DNA of 64,000 nucleotides from Octopus vulgaris (Eukaryota): NCBI GenBank assembly GCA_951406725.2, contig OX597838.1, positions 34,658,001 to 34,722,000 of the forward strand, read 5' to 3'. Shown piece by piece: positions 53,246 to 64,000 of this stretch (position 1 is its first letter; each line of letters starts with the position of its first letter). The notes under the pieces were generated by a model. It saw only the letters and a program-made list of their open reading frames with translations, ran no database searches and was not told where the DNA came from. The position numbers and the translations under genes were made by a program.

Positions 53246-53658
53246 AAGCATAATCGCGCGCGCACTTCTGTATTTTATACCCTGGCTATTTCAGATGACG
53301 CATTCGCTTCCTATCACCTCAAGTCGTCGCTTGCTAAACACACTCGCAACTGAAATTATATACATTCACACATCTCAACAAGCCTTCACTTCTACAATAT
53401 TATATTTCAATCAATCACTTCGGATACTATGGAATATTAATTAAGACTTCTACACACTACGTTAATCGAATTCTATGCATTAAGTATCGGCAATTCTTGA
53501 TTACGAACGATCCTTTCGATGTCATTTCTCGACTGAATTATGAAATCCTGGAAATATACATACTGTGAGTAAACTTTCCTCTCTTGAATTATTTTCAATA
53601 GCATCTACGGTATTTCTTTCCACCTGGTACGAAGACTATATATACACTCACAAACACA

Positions 53659-54042
53659 ATGAGCCTTAGACTCAGTCCAAGCGACATCCGCTATACTCAA
53701 GATTCAATTGCCTGTAAGTTCCGTAACGGGACAACATTGACAAAAACCATTTCAGATTTAGTCAAAGGTACAATCACGCCTGACAGCATTCCTGTAATTT
53801 CGGTTTACCTAAAGGATGGGAAATACTACAGCACTGACAATAGGAGGCTATACGTTTTCAAAGAGCTGCAAAGGCGGAGTCAACCAGACTTGAAGATAAG
53901 GGTTCACGTTACGTCGGCGGCACTATCACAATCGAAGTTCACGACGCTTAACGATGGCCAAAGTATAACAGTCCGATATAAATCAATAGGCTGGTTACGC
54001 ATTGGTTTTGATGACTCAAGCACGGATTCCGATGACTTCTAG
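53659..54042 (+). CDS. ParB/Srx-fold-like protein, copy 2, 127 aa
   Basis: Intact ORF; differs from copy 1 at S73R, Y83H and the C-terminal tail. Confidence 0.8.
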   Translation: MSLRLSPSDIRYTQDSIACKFRNGTTLTKTISDLVKGTITPDSIPVISVYLKDGKYYSTDNRRLYVFKELQRRSQPDLKIRVHVTSAALSQSKFTTLNDGQSITVRYKSIGWLRIGFDDSSTDSDDF

Positions 54043-55289
54043 TAGAATTATGAATTTTAAAAAAATATTCCATTGCTAAAAGAAAGAAAAAACAACAAAA
54101 ACCAAAAAGCACGTTGCCGAATTTTACTGTTCCGAAAACAATCTATAAACTTCAAATTTACCCTCATGTCACCGACAGCATCTCTTCATTTAGAGAAGTG
54201 TCAAAAATCCAAAGTCTCTTGTATTTTATTTCAATAACCAACTCGCAAACCAAGTTATAATAATTGCCATTATGCAAGGAACAAAACAAAACAAAACAAA
54301 AAACAATCTTTACACGGAAAAAGTTAATTTGGGCGGTGTTTGGTTTCCGTAAGTAGTTTTAGTAAATCTTTACTCCCTACTTTTAAAAACTGTAAATCTA
54401 AAAATGGCCGAAAGCGAAAACGTTGCCGAACGAGTGTGGGACAAAAATAAATAAATTAAATAAAAAATTTAACCTTTAAAGGTATTTTTTTAATATGCTG
54501 GCCATTGATAAAATTTCTTTTCGTAAAAAATGTCATCCTATATTAGATGTATATATATATATTGTTAGCCACTACACACATTTTTTCTCTCCTTGTTTTT
54601 TCTGTGTACCTTTCTGTAGAAGAGCGTAGGCTCGAAACGTAAGACCTTTCTATTTAACGGACTCTTCGTTTGCCGAACGACATGCACGAATGATTTGTTT
54701 ATTGTTATCAAATGTTCGTGCCGCACATGAGCTCCCCCTCTTCAAATTGACTTTATCTGAACAGGCACACGGTGTGCCACGCATCAAGTATTGAAGTGAT
54801 CGTAAAACATCGCGAGATAAAAGTGATTCAAGGTCCAAAATCGAAAATTCGAAATCTGAAGAACTTTCCATTATGAACTAATTACATAATCTCCGCTCTA
54901 TTCTTCTGTCGGGTTGCTAACTCGAGTTTCCGTTGCCAACAAATATTCACATTCTCTGTGTAATATTTAATTTCTTTAATAGGGCGAATGACGTCCTGTC
55001 CTGATTCCAACGCTATACCAATATCGAGGGGTCGCCAACCGTCCTCCCCGGCTGAAACTTAAAAAAAAAAATGGAGCGGGTACGAAGAGGTTGAAAAAAA
55101 GTTTGGGCGTAACTTCGGTATAGGTACCGGAAGTACCAGATACATTTCAAGAAAAACGGGGAAAAAATGTAACTCAAAAACCCAAAATAATCTTGGGTAA
55201 ATAAAAATTTGAAAAGAAGAAAAAAAGGTGGCATTCTTTTGTTTTTGTTTTCTTTTCTATCGCAAAGTCTGTTGTGCTAAAAACGGGAT

Positions 55290-55335
<46 letters not shown>

Positions 55336-57500
55336 GTAAGGGCGAAGGTAAAGAGAATGTACACACTACCTTTTTTTTTTTTCAAAATTTTTTTTTTTAA
55401 ATATCTGTTTACGATATTGAAGAACACGATTTTGTCCAAAAACCACGCTTTCAAAGTTTTAATTTCTTCCACCCCAATTTCTCAATTATTAACTTTTTTT
55501 TTCGAATTCTTTTCAATCCATGTAGAAAAACAGAGATTACGAATCTGGGATTTAAAAAAAAAAAAATTTAACCCTTCCCCCACCCATCACCTCCCCGCTT
55601 TCAAAAAGCTCAAAATTCCCTTGATGTTTCACGCATTCAAAGATCTCAGACCATTACCAGAAAACCCGACATGCTAGAAACAGCAGCTAAACGACATTAT
55701 TTCTGGAAAAACTTCCTCACTTTCTAAAAAGTTAAAAGTGAAACATTGGGAGTTTTTAGCCTTTTGAAAGTGGGGAGTTGATGGATATTTGAAGTGGGAC
55801 AAGGAATTTGAGTGTTTCTTTCAAGAAAAGTTTTTAAAAAATTCTCAAAGATTCGTAATCTCTCTATATGTCTACGTGGATTACAAGAAAGAGAAAAAAA
55901 TCCAGCGATTAACTCCTCGATTCTTTTGCGTGGGATCAGGTACCATGACCTCCTAATATGCTGCAAATCCCTTATTTTGGTTCGGAAGAAGAGGGGGACT
56001 CCCCCCCTTCTCGGAATCATTGGAATTTTTTCTTTTTTTTTTGTTTCGTTGAATGAATTCCTGTGACCTAATATACTACAAAACCCTTTTTGGGGTCCGA
56101 AAATCGGGGTGGGGTGAGGTGGAAGCCTCGGAAATTTCAACCTCCACCCCCATTGATCTTTTCACCCGCACGATTTTCACTAAGGAAAAAGAAAATAGTA
56201 ATAAAAATCAGGCCCAAACTAATTTTTGCGTGTGTGTGTGTGTGTTGAGAAAGATGAACGATTTAAAACAAATATATCTTAATTGTTGTGTGAGAAATTA
56301 TATATATTCTGATGATAAAATATTGTATCTTTCAAAAGCATCCTAAATTTATAGACTACTAGCAGTATCTCCCGGCGTTGCTCGGGTTTGTAAGGGAAAT
56401 AACTATAAAGCATTTTTAGAGAGTTGTAGCGAAAAAATAGCAAAAAATGCATTAAAAATGGAAAAAAATGCTGGTAAATTATTTTTAAATCGATGACTCA
56501 TCGTAGACATTTTTAGAGAGTTACTTCCCTTATATTTAAAAAATATGCAATAAAATGGAAAAAAAATGATGGTAAATTATTTTTAAAATCGTAGACTCAT
56601 CGTAGACGCGCGCTAATACCCAGAAGGCCTCGATATGAATCACGACTATAAGATACCCGGCTTTGGTTAAACTGCACCGCAAAATGTGGCAGTAGTTAGG
56701 AATCTAAATCGGAGTAGACAGACACACAACCTTACTTTTATATATAAAGATATCTTGTGCTTTTAAGAAAAAAAAAACAAAACATTTTACAGAAATAAAT
56801 TTCCCAGAGTGTGAATTACATGACATGTTTCGTTATTAAATATATTTCCCCTTGACCCCCACCGTTTTTCCGAACCAAAATAAGGGATTTACAACATATT
56901 AGGAGGTCAGGGTACGTGATTCAACGCAAAAAAAAATCGAGTTTTTTTTTCTTAGTGAAAATCGTGCGGGTGTTAATCTAAAAAATTACCAAAAGAAAGC
57001 GGAACGGGGTGAGGTACTAGCACTTTATCTCCGCCAAATTTTGGAAAACCCGAAAATTATAAATAGAAATTTCACTTTAGTTTCCACAAAAGCATCATAG
57101 CGCGCGCAATTCTGTATTTAAACCCTGGCTATTTCAGATGACGCATTCGCTTCCTATCACCTCAAGTCGTCGCTTGCTAAACACACTCGCAACTGAAATT
57201 ATATACATTCACACATCTCAACAAGCCTTCACTTCTACAATATTATATTTCAATCAATCACTTCGGATACTATGGAATATTAATTAAGACTTCTACACAC
57301 TACGTTAATCGAATTCTATGCATTAAGTATCGGCAATTTTCCTTGATTACGAACGATCCTTTCGATGTCATTTCTCGACTGAATTTAGAAATCCTGAAAA
57401 TATACATACTGTGAGTAAACTTTCCACTCTTGAATTATTTTCAATAGCATCTACGGTATTTCTTTCCACCTGGTACGAAGACTATACACTCACAAACACA

Positions 57501-57851
57501 ATGAGCCTTAGACTCAGTCCAAGCGACATCCACTATACTCAAGATTCAATTGCCTGTCAGTTCCGTAACGGGACAACATTGACCGAAACCATTTCAGCTT
57601 TAGTCAAACGTAGAATCACGCCTGACAGCTTTCCTGTAATTTCAGTTTACCTAAAGGATGGAAAATACTACAGCACTGACAATAGGAGGCTATACGTTTT
57701 CAAAGAGCTGCAAAGTCGGAGTCAACCAGACTTGAAGATAAGTGTTTCCGTTACGTCGGCGGCACTATCACAATCGAAGTTCACGACGCGTAACGGTGGC
57801 CGAAGTATAACAGTCCGAAGTGCATCAATGGATTTTGATGACTTCTTGTAG
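57501..57851 (+). CDS. ParB/Srx-fold-like protein, copy 3, 116 aa
   Basis: Intact ORF from the ATG shared with other copies; 12 amino-acid changes versus copy 1 in the core, DNRRL retained. Confidence 0.8.
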   Translation: MSLRLSPSDIHYTQDSIACQFRNGTTLTETISALVKRRITPDSFPVISVYLKDGKYYSTDNRRLYVFKELQSRSQPDLKISVSVTSAALSQSKFTTRNGGRSITVRSASMDFDDFL

Positions 57852-58510
57852 AATTATGAATTTTAAAAAAATATTCCATTGCTAAAAGAAAGAAAAAACA
57901 ACAAAATCCAAAAAGCACGTTGCCGAATTTTACTGTTCCGAAAACAATCTATAAACTTCAAATTTACCCTCATGTCACCGACAGCATCTCTTCATTTAGA
58001 GGAAGTGTCAAAAATCCAAAGTCTCTTGTATTTTATTTCAATAACCAACTCGCAAACCAAGTTATAATAATTGCCATTATTTCACTTTAGTTTCCACAAA
58101 AGCATCATAGCGCGCGCAATTCTGTATTTAAACCCTGGCTATTTCAGATGACGCATTCGCTTCCTATCACCTCAAGTCGTCGCTTGCTAAACACACTCGC
58201 AACTGAAATTATATACATTCACACATCTCAACAAGCCTTCACTTCTACAATATTATATTTCAATCAATCACTTCGGATACTATGGAATATTAATTAAGAC
58301 TTCTACACACTACGTTAATCGAATTCTATGCATTAAGTATCGGCAATTTTCCTTGATTACGAACGATCCTTTCGATGTCATTTCTCGACTGAATTTAGAA
58401 ATCCTGAAAATATACATACTGTGAGTAAACTTTCCACTCTTGAATTATTTTCAATAGCATCTACGGTATTTCTTTCCACCTGGTACGAAGACTATACACT
58501 CACAAACACA

Positions 58511-58860
58511 ATGAGCCTTAGACTCAGTCCAAGCGACATCCACTATACTCAAGATTCAATTGCCTGTCAGTTCCGTAACGGGACAACATTGACGAAACCA
58601 TTTCAGCTTTAGTCAAACGTACAATCACGCCTGACAGCTTTCCTGTAATTTCAGTTTACCTAAAGGATGGAAAATACTACAGCACTGACAATAGGAGGCT
58701 ATACGTTTTCAAAGAGCTGCAAAGTCGGAGTCAACCAGACTTGAAGATAAGGGTTTCCGTTACGTCGGCGGCACTATCACAATCGAAGTTCACGACGCTT
58801 AACGATGGCCAAAGTATAACAGTCCGAAGTGCATCAATGGATTTTGATGACTTCTTGTAG
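58511..58860 (+). pseudogene. ParB/Srx-fold-like protein, copy 4, with a 1-nt deletion near 58593 (pseudogene or assembly error)
   Basis: gacgaaacc versus gaccgaaacc in copy 3; the rest of the frame is intact. Confidence 0.75.
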
Positions 58861-61800
58861 AATTATGAATTTTAAAAAAATATTCCATTGCTAAAAGAAA
58901 GAAAAAACAACAAAATCCAAAAAGCACGTTGCCGAATTTTACTGTTCCGAAAACAATCTATAAACTTCAAATTTACCCTCATGTCACCGACAGCATCTCT
59001 TCATTTAGAGGAAGTGTCAAAAATCCAAAGTCTCTTGTATTTTATTTCAATAACCAACTCGCAAACCAAGTTATAATAATTGCCATTATGCAAGGAACAA
59101 AACAAAACAAAACAAAAAACAATCTTTACACGGAAAAAGTTAATTTGGGCGGTGTTTGGTTTCCGTAAGAAATTTTAGTAAATTTTTACTCCCTACTTTT
59201 AAAAACTGTAAATCTAAAAATGGCCGAAAGCGAAAACGTTGCCGAACGAGTGTGGGACAAAAATAAATAAATTAAATAAAAAATTTAACCTTTGAAGGTA
59301 TTTTTTTAATATGCTGGCCATTGATAAAATTTCTTTTCGTAAAAAATTTCATCCTATATTAGATGTATATATATATATTGTTAGCCACTACACACATTTT
59401 TTTCTCTCCTTGTTTTTTCTGCGTACCTTTCTGTAGAAGAGCGTAGGCTCGAAACGTAAAAGACTTTTTCTATTTAACGGACTCTTCGTTTGCCGAACGA
59501 CATGCACGAATGATTTGTTTATTGTTATCAAATGTTCGTGCCGCATATGAGCTCCCCCTCTTCAAATTGACTTTATCTGAACAGGCACACGGTGTGCCAC
59601 GCGTCAAGTGTTGAAGTGATCGTAAAACATCGCGAGATAAAAGTGATTCAAGGACGAAAATCGAAAATTCGAAATCTGAAGAACTTTCCATTATGAACTA
59701 ATTACATAATCTCCGCTCTATTCTTCTGTTGGGTTGCTAACTCGAGTTTCCGTTGTCAACAAATATTCACATTCTCTGTGTAATATTTAATTTCTTTAAT
59801 AGGGCGAATGACGTCCTGTCCTGATTCCAACGCTATACCAATATCGAGGGGTCGCCAACCGTCCTCCCCGGCTGAAACTTAAAAAAAAAAATGGAGCGGG
59901 TACGAAGAGGTTGAATAAAAGTTTGGGCGTAACTTCGGTATAGGTACCGGAAGTACCAGATACATTTCAAGAAAGTGTTGTTTTTTTTTATAAATATGGG
60001 ATGTTAGGAGAAAAGGGTTTCTGTTATCTCCAGAAATGTAAACAAAGCCACTTCCGGTACCTATACCGAAGGATCGCCAAAGTTTGAAACTATCTTAACC
60101 ATATCTGTTTTTTCTTTTTGTATTTTTGATAGATTGTAAAAAAAAAACAGGAAAAAAAATGTTACTCAAAAACCCAAAATAATCTTGGGTAAATAAAAAC
60201 TTGAAAAGAAGAAAAAAAGGTGGCATTCTTTTGTTTTTGTTTTCTTTTCTATCGCAAAGTCTGTTGTGCTAAAAACGGGATTTGAATATACACACACATG
60301 TAAGGGCGAAGGTAAAGCGAAGGTACACACTTTTTTTTTTTTTCAAAATTTTTTTTTTTTAAATATCTGTTTACGATATTGAAGAATACGATTTTGTCCA
60401 AAAACCACGCTTTCAAAGTTTTAATTTCTTCCACCCCAATTTCTCAATTATTAACTTTTTTTTCGAATTCTTTTTAATCCATGTAGAAAAACAGAGATTA
60501 CGAATCTGGGATTTAAAAAAAAAAAAATTTAATTCCCCCTCCCCCACCCATCACCTCCCCACTTTCAAAAAGCTCAAAATTCCCTTGATGTTTCACGCAT
60601 TCAAAAATATCAGACCATTACCAGAAAACCCGACATGCTAGAAACAGCAGCTAAACGACATTATTTCTGGAAAAACTTCCTCACTTTCTAAAAAGTTAAA
60701 AGTGAAACATTGGGAGTTTTTAGCCTTTTGAAAGTGGGGAGTTGATGGATATTTGAAGTTGGACAAGGAAATTGAGTGTTTCTTTCAAGAAAAGTTTTTA
60801 AAAAATTCTTAAAGATTCGTAATCTCTCTATATGTCTACGTGGATTACAAGAAAGAGAAAAAAATCCAGCGATTAACTCCTCGATTCTTTTGCGTGGGAT
60901 CAGGTACCATGACCTCCTAATATGCTGCAAATCCCTTATTTTGGTTCGGAAGAAGAGGGGGACTCCCCGCTTCTCGGAATCATTGGAATTTTTTTTTTTT
61001 GTTTCGTTGAATGAATTCCTGTGACCTAATATGCTACAAAACCCTTTTTGGGGTCCGAAAAACGGGGTGGGGTGAGGTGGAAGCCTCGGAAATTTCAACC
61101 CCCACCCCCATTGATCTTTTCACCCGCACGATTTTCACTAAGGAAAAAGAAAATAGTAATAAAAATCGGGCCCAAACTAATTTTTGCGTGTGTGAGTGTT
61201 GAGAAAGATGAACGATTTAAAATAAATATATCTTAATTGTTGTGTGAGAAAGTATATATATTCTGATGATAAAATATTGTATCTTTCAAAAGCATCCTAA
61301 ATTTATAGACTACTAGCAGTATCTCCCGGCGTTGCTCGGGCTTGTAAGGGAAATAACTATAAAGAATTTTTAGAGAGTTATAGCAAAAAAATAGCAAAAA
61401 GTGCATTAAATTCCCCTTCATCAGCTGCCCCTGGTTCGACTCAATGCGTGTTTCGAAGGTAAAGGCAGGTATATATATATACATATATACGACGGGCTTC
61501 TTTTAGTTTCCGTCTACCAAATCCACTCACAAGGCTTTGATCAGCCCGAGGCTATAGTAGAAAACACTTGTCCAAGGTGCCATGCAGTGGGACTGAACCC
61601 AGAACCATGTGGTTGGTAAGCAAGCTACTTACCACACAGCCATTCCTGATGCAAAAAAAAATACACACATGACAACACTCACTCTCTCTCTCTCTCACCT
61701 CCAATTCATATACATCTTTCACTTTCTGCTCTCACTCCAAGGCAAATGCCGCTGTATATATCGTGCACACAGACACAGGCCAAGCGATACGAACCAAGTC

Positions 61801-62892
61801 TAGATACACATACACAGGCTGACAAGTATTTACTTTCATTTTCGGTTGCTGCCGTTCGGTTTTTCCTTCTTACTTACGCTTTACATTTACACAATGAATT
61901 TCATACACACACACACACTCCCATTGACTTTTATGTCTACGAGTTGAATAGTGAAACACACTGTATGTGTGTGTGTGTGTGTGTGAATACAAATATATTA
62001 AGTGGAACACGCTCGCACGTGCACCTGCTATCTTCCATGTATACGTACATCAGTGGTTTTCAACCAGGGTTCCGCCAGTACAGTCCAGGGGTTGCGCAAG
62101 AAGTTACAAAAATGCTAAAATCGACAGTAATTTTTAATTCTCCTGTGCAGATATGTGTGTATATAAGACAATTAAATTGTTGCACAGGGGTTCCTCGAGC
62201 CAGTGGAACGTTTCCTTGGGGTTCCGCTCCAGCAAAAAGGTTGAAAAGCACTGCTCTATACATACATAAATACATCGTGCGAGTGTTTCACTATTCATGA
62301 AAGTCAATGGGTCCATGTGTGTCTGTCTTTATAACTGTGTTTGTTTCAACCCGACCGCTTGACAACCCATTTTCTTTACTACCCCCACAAGGGGCTAAAC
62401 ACAGAGGAGACAAAGAAGGACAGGCGGATTAAGTCGATTATATCGACCCAGTGCGTGACCGGTACTTACTTTATCGCTGGCAGAACCGTTAGCACGCCGG
62501 GCAAAATACTTAGCGTAATTTCGTCTGTCTACATGTTCTGAGTTCAAATTCTGCCGAGGTCGACTTTGCCTTTCATCCTTTCGGGGTCGATAAATTAAGT
62601 ACCAGTTACGCACTGGGGTCGATGTAATCGACTCGATCTGTTGGTCTGTCTTTGTTTGTTCCCTCTATGTTTAGCCCCTTGTGGGTAAATAAAGAAATAG
62701 GTACTTAATTTATCCACATCGAAAAGATGAAAGGGAAAGTCAACCTCGGCATCATCACCTCATTTTACATGTCTCTGTAAATTTTGGAGTCAATCCGACG
62801 GGATCTAGTGGCCTTTAACCCGTTCTCAATGCCAAAACCAGACGGAAAAACAAACAAACAAATTTTTCGCATTTCAGTTATATAAATAGAGA

Positions 62893-62970
<78 letters not shown>

Positions 62971-63609
62971 AGAGTTTACGAAAAAAAAAACAAAAGACGA
63001 AGACAGGTGGTGTACAAAACAAACAGATGTATTAGTATAACGCTCAGGAATAGGAAAAGTCTTTTACGTTTCGAGCCTACGCTCTTCTACAGAAAGAGAC
63101 ACAGAAAAAACAAGGAGAGAAAAAAATGTGTGTAGTGGCTAACGATCAATCATGGCGGAAACCACAAATTAACCAACACATCGATTGGACCACATTTATA
63201 GCTTATTTTTTAAAACAAAGCACGACATGAGAAAATAGGTGATGTAACATATCTTACGGCTGTTTCTGATCGGATTGCCTAAATGCTGTCTATAAATAAA
63301 CGCGAGAATAAAGTTCATCTTCATAGCGAATTCGAATTAAGGCTGTGGTGTGTGCGAGAGATTCGAAATAAAGGAACCTACCTTCTCTTCGATCTGATGG
63401 AGACCCTTCAGTGGTAACAGATCCTTTGACACAGCCCGACCCGAACGCTAGAGACAGCAGCTGCTTCGCCCAAACTTAGCAACGTGTTCACCCGTTTGTC
63501 AGCAAAAGCGGGATTAGGACATACGTTACAGCTCGGAATTGTATGTCTTTCTTCCAGTGACTGAGTTGCTCCATTACTCATGGTCCCCAGGAAATCCCTA
63601 TCTGACACC

Positions 63610-64000
63610 AGTTGTCCGATATAGGTCATCAGTCCCCTTAGTTCCTCACAATGTACGAAGGCGTGCGTGACAGTTTCACTGACACGCCCGCACCTCGGGC
63701 ATGTGGGTGGGGTACCAACGCCATGCCTTGACAACCTCCCTCGAACTGACAAGGCTGATCGGTAGCACAAGCAAGCCAAGGATGTCTGGAAGTTGTCCAG
63801 ATACCTCGGCCCGAATGTCCTTCCGAACAGGTTGACAAGCTGTTCCTCTTCGAAGCCTAGTCTCCCCCAGGATGTCGTCTGACATATGCTCTACCAACCC
63901 GTAGTGGTAGCCCCGCTGCCGGTATTGCTTGTTCGGGAGAACAGAGCGAGTGCATGTCTGCACTCCCTCTTCCATTCGCTCATTTTTGTTCTCCGCGTGA
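63610..64000 (-). mobile_element. L1/Tx1 ORF2 fragment at the start of a further duplication unit
   Basis: Near-identical to 40235-40630 and 48150-48540. Confidence 0.9.

Larger units (their letters stand above)
57069..59089. repeat. 1010-bp tandem duplication containing gene copies 3 and 4
   Basis: atttcactttagtttcc at ~57069 and ~58079; the two ATGs are 1010 bp apart. Confidence 0.92.
40120..64000. repeat. Tandem segmental duplication array (TE block plus ParB-like gene plus downstream block)
   Basis: The block starting cgtttgtcagc occurs at ~40120, ~48036 and ~63494; the downstream block occurs at ~45.1-47.8, ~54.1-56.4 and ~58.9-61.6 kb. Confidence 0.93.

Noticed and set aside
50566-56750. 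Helitron-mediated capture of gene copy 2 (same-orientation Helitrons on both sides)
   Set aside because: Duplication units extend well beyond the Helitron ends, so unequal recombination explains the copies better.
57411-57500. 30-aa N-terminal extension on copies 3/4 in the ORF track
   Set aside because: It starts at GTG and is out of frame in copies 1/2 (4-nt indel); the shared acaATG is the likely start.

Overview
AT-rich, repeat-saturated animal genomic DNA. The SINE families, TA/TACA microsatellites and TTAGGG-containing MITEs resemble coleoid cephalopod (Octopus-like) genomes; this taxon call is from recall and was not verified. The left two-thirds holds a decayed Ty3/Gypsy element (1-2722, minus) and a 4-exon gene missed by the ORF track (4020-15459) encoding a ~121-aa CS/HSP20-like-fold protein. 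It also carries many TE relics: mariner, Merlin transposase and 8-bp-TSD MITEs, piggyBac MITEs, Helitron, LINEs and Penelope-type ends with hammerhead-ribozyme motifs. From ~40.1 kb to the window end is a young tandem/segmental duplication array. Its only non-TE cargo is four copies of an intronless 116-127-aa gene (44693, 53659, 57501, and 58511 with a frameshift) with an IRYTQDSI...IPVISV...YSTDNRRL...KFTT.N.G.SI.VR pattern. That pattern resembles the ParB/Sulfiredoxin-fold tip domain of bacterial polymorphic (RHS) toxins. The copies sit behind IRF-type sites (with STAT/GAS-like sites for copies 1-2), and their CDS differ more than their upstream flanks. The best candidate for an undescribed system is therefore an expanding, possibly immune-inducible ParB-toxin-like effector cluster.
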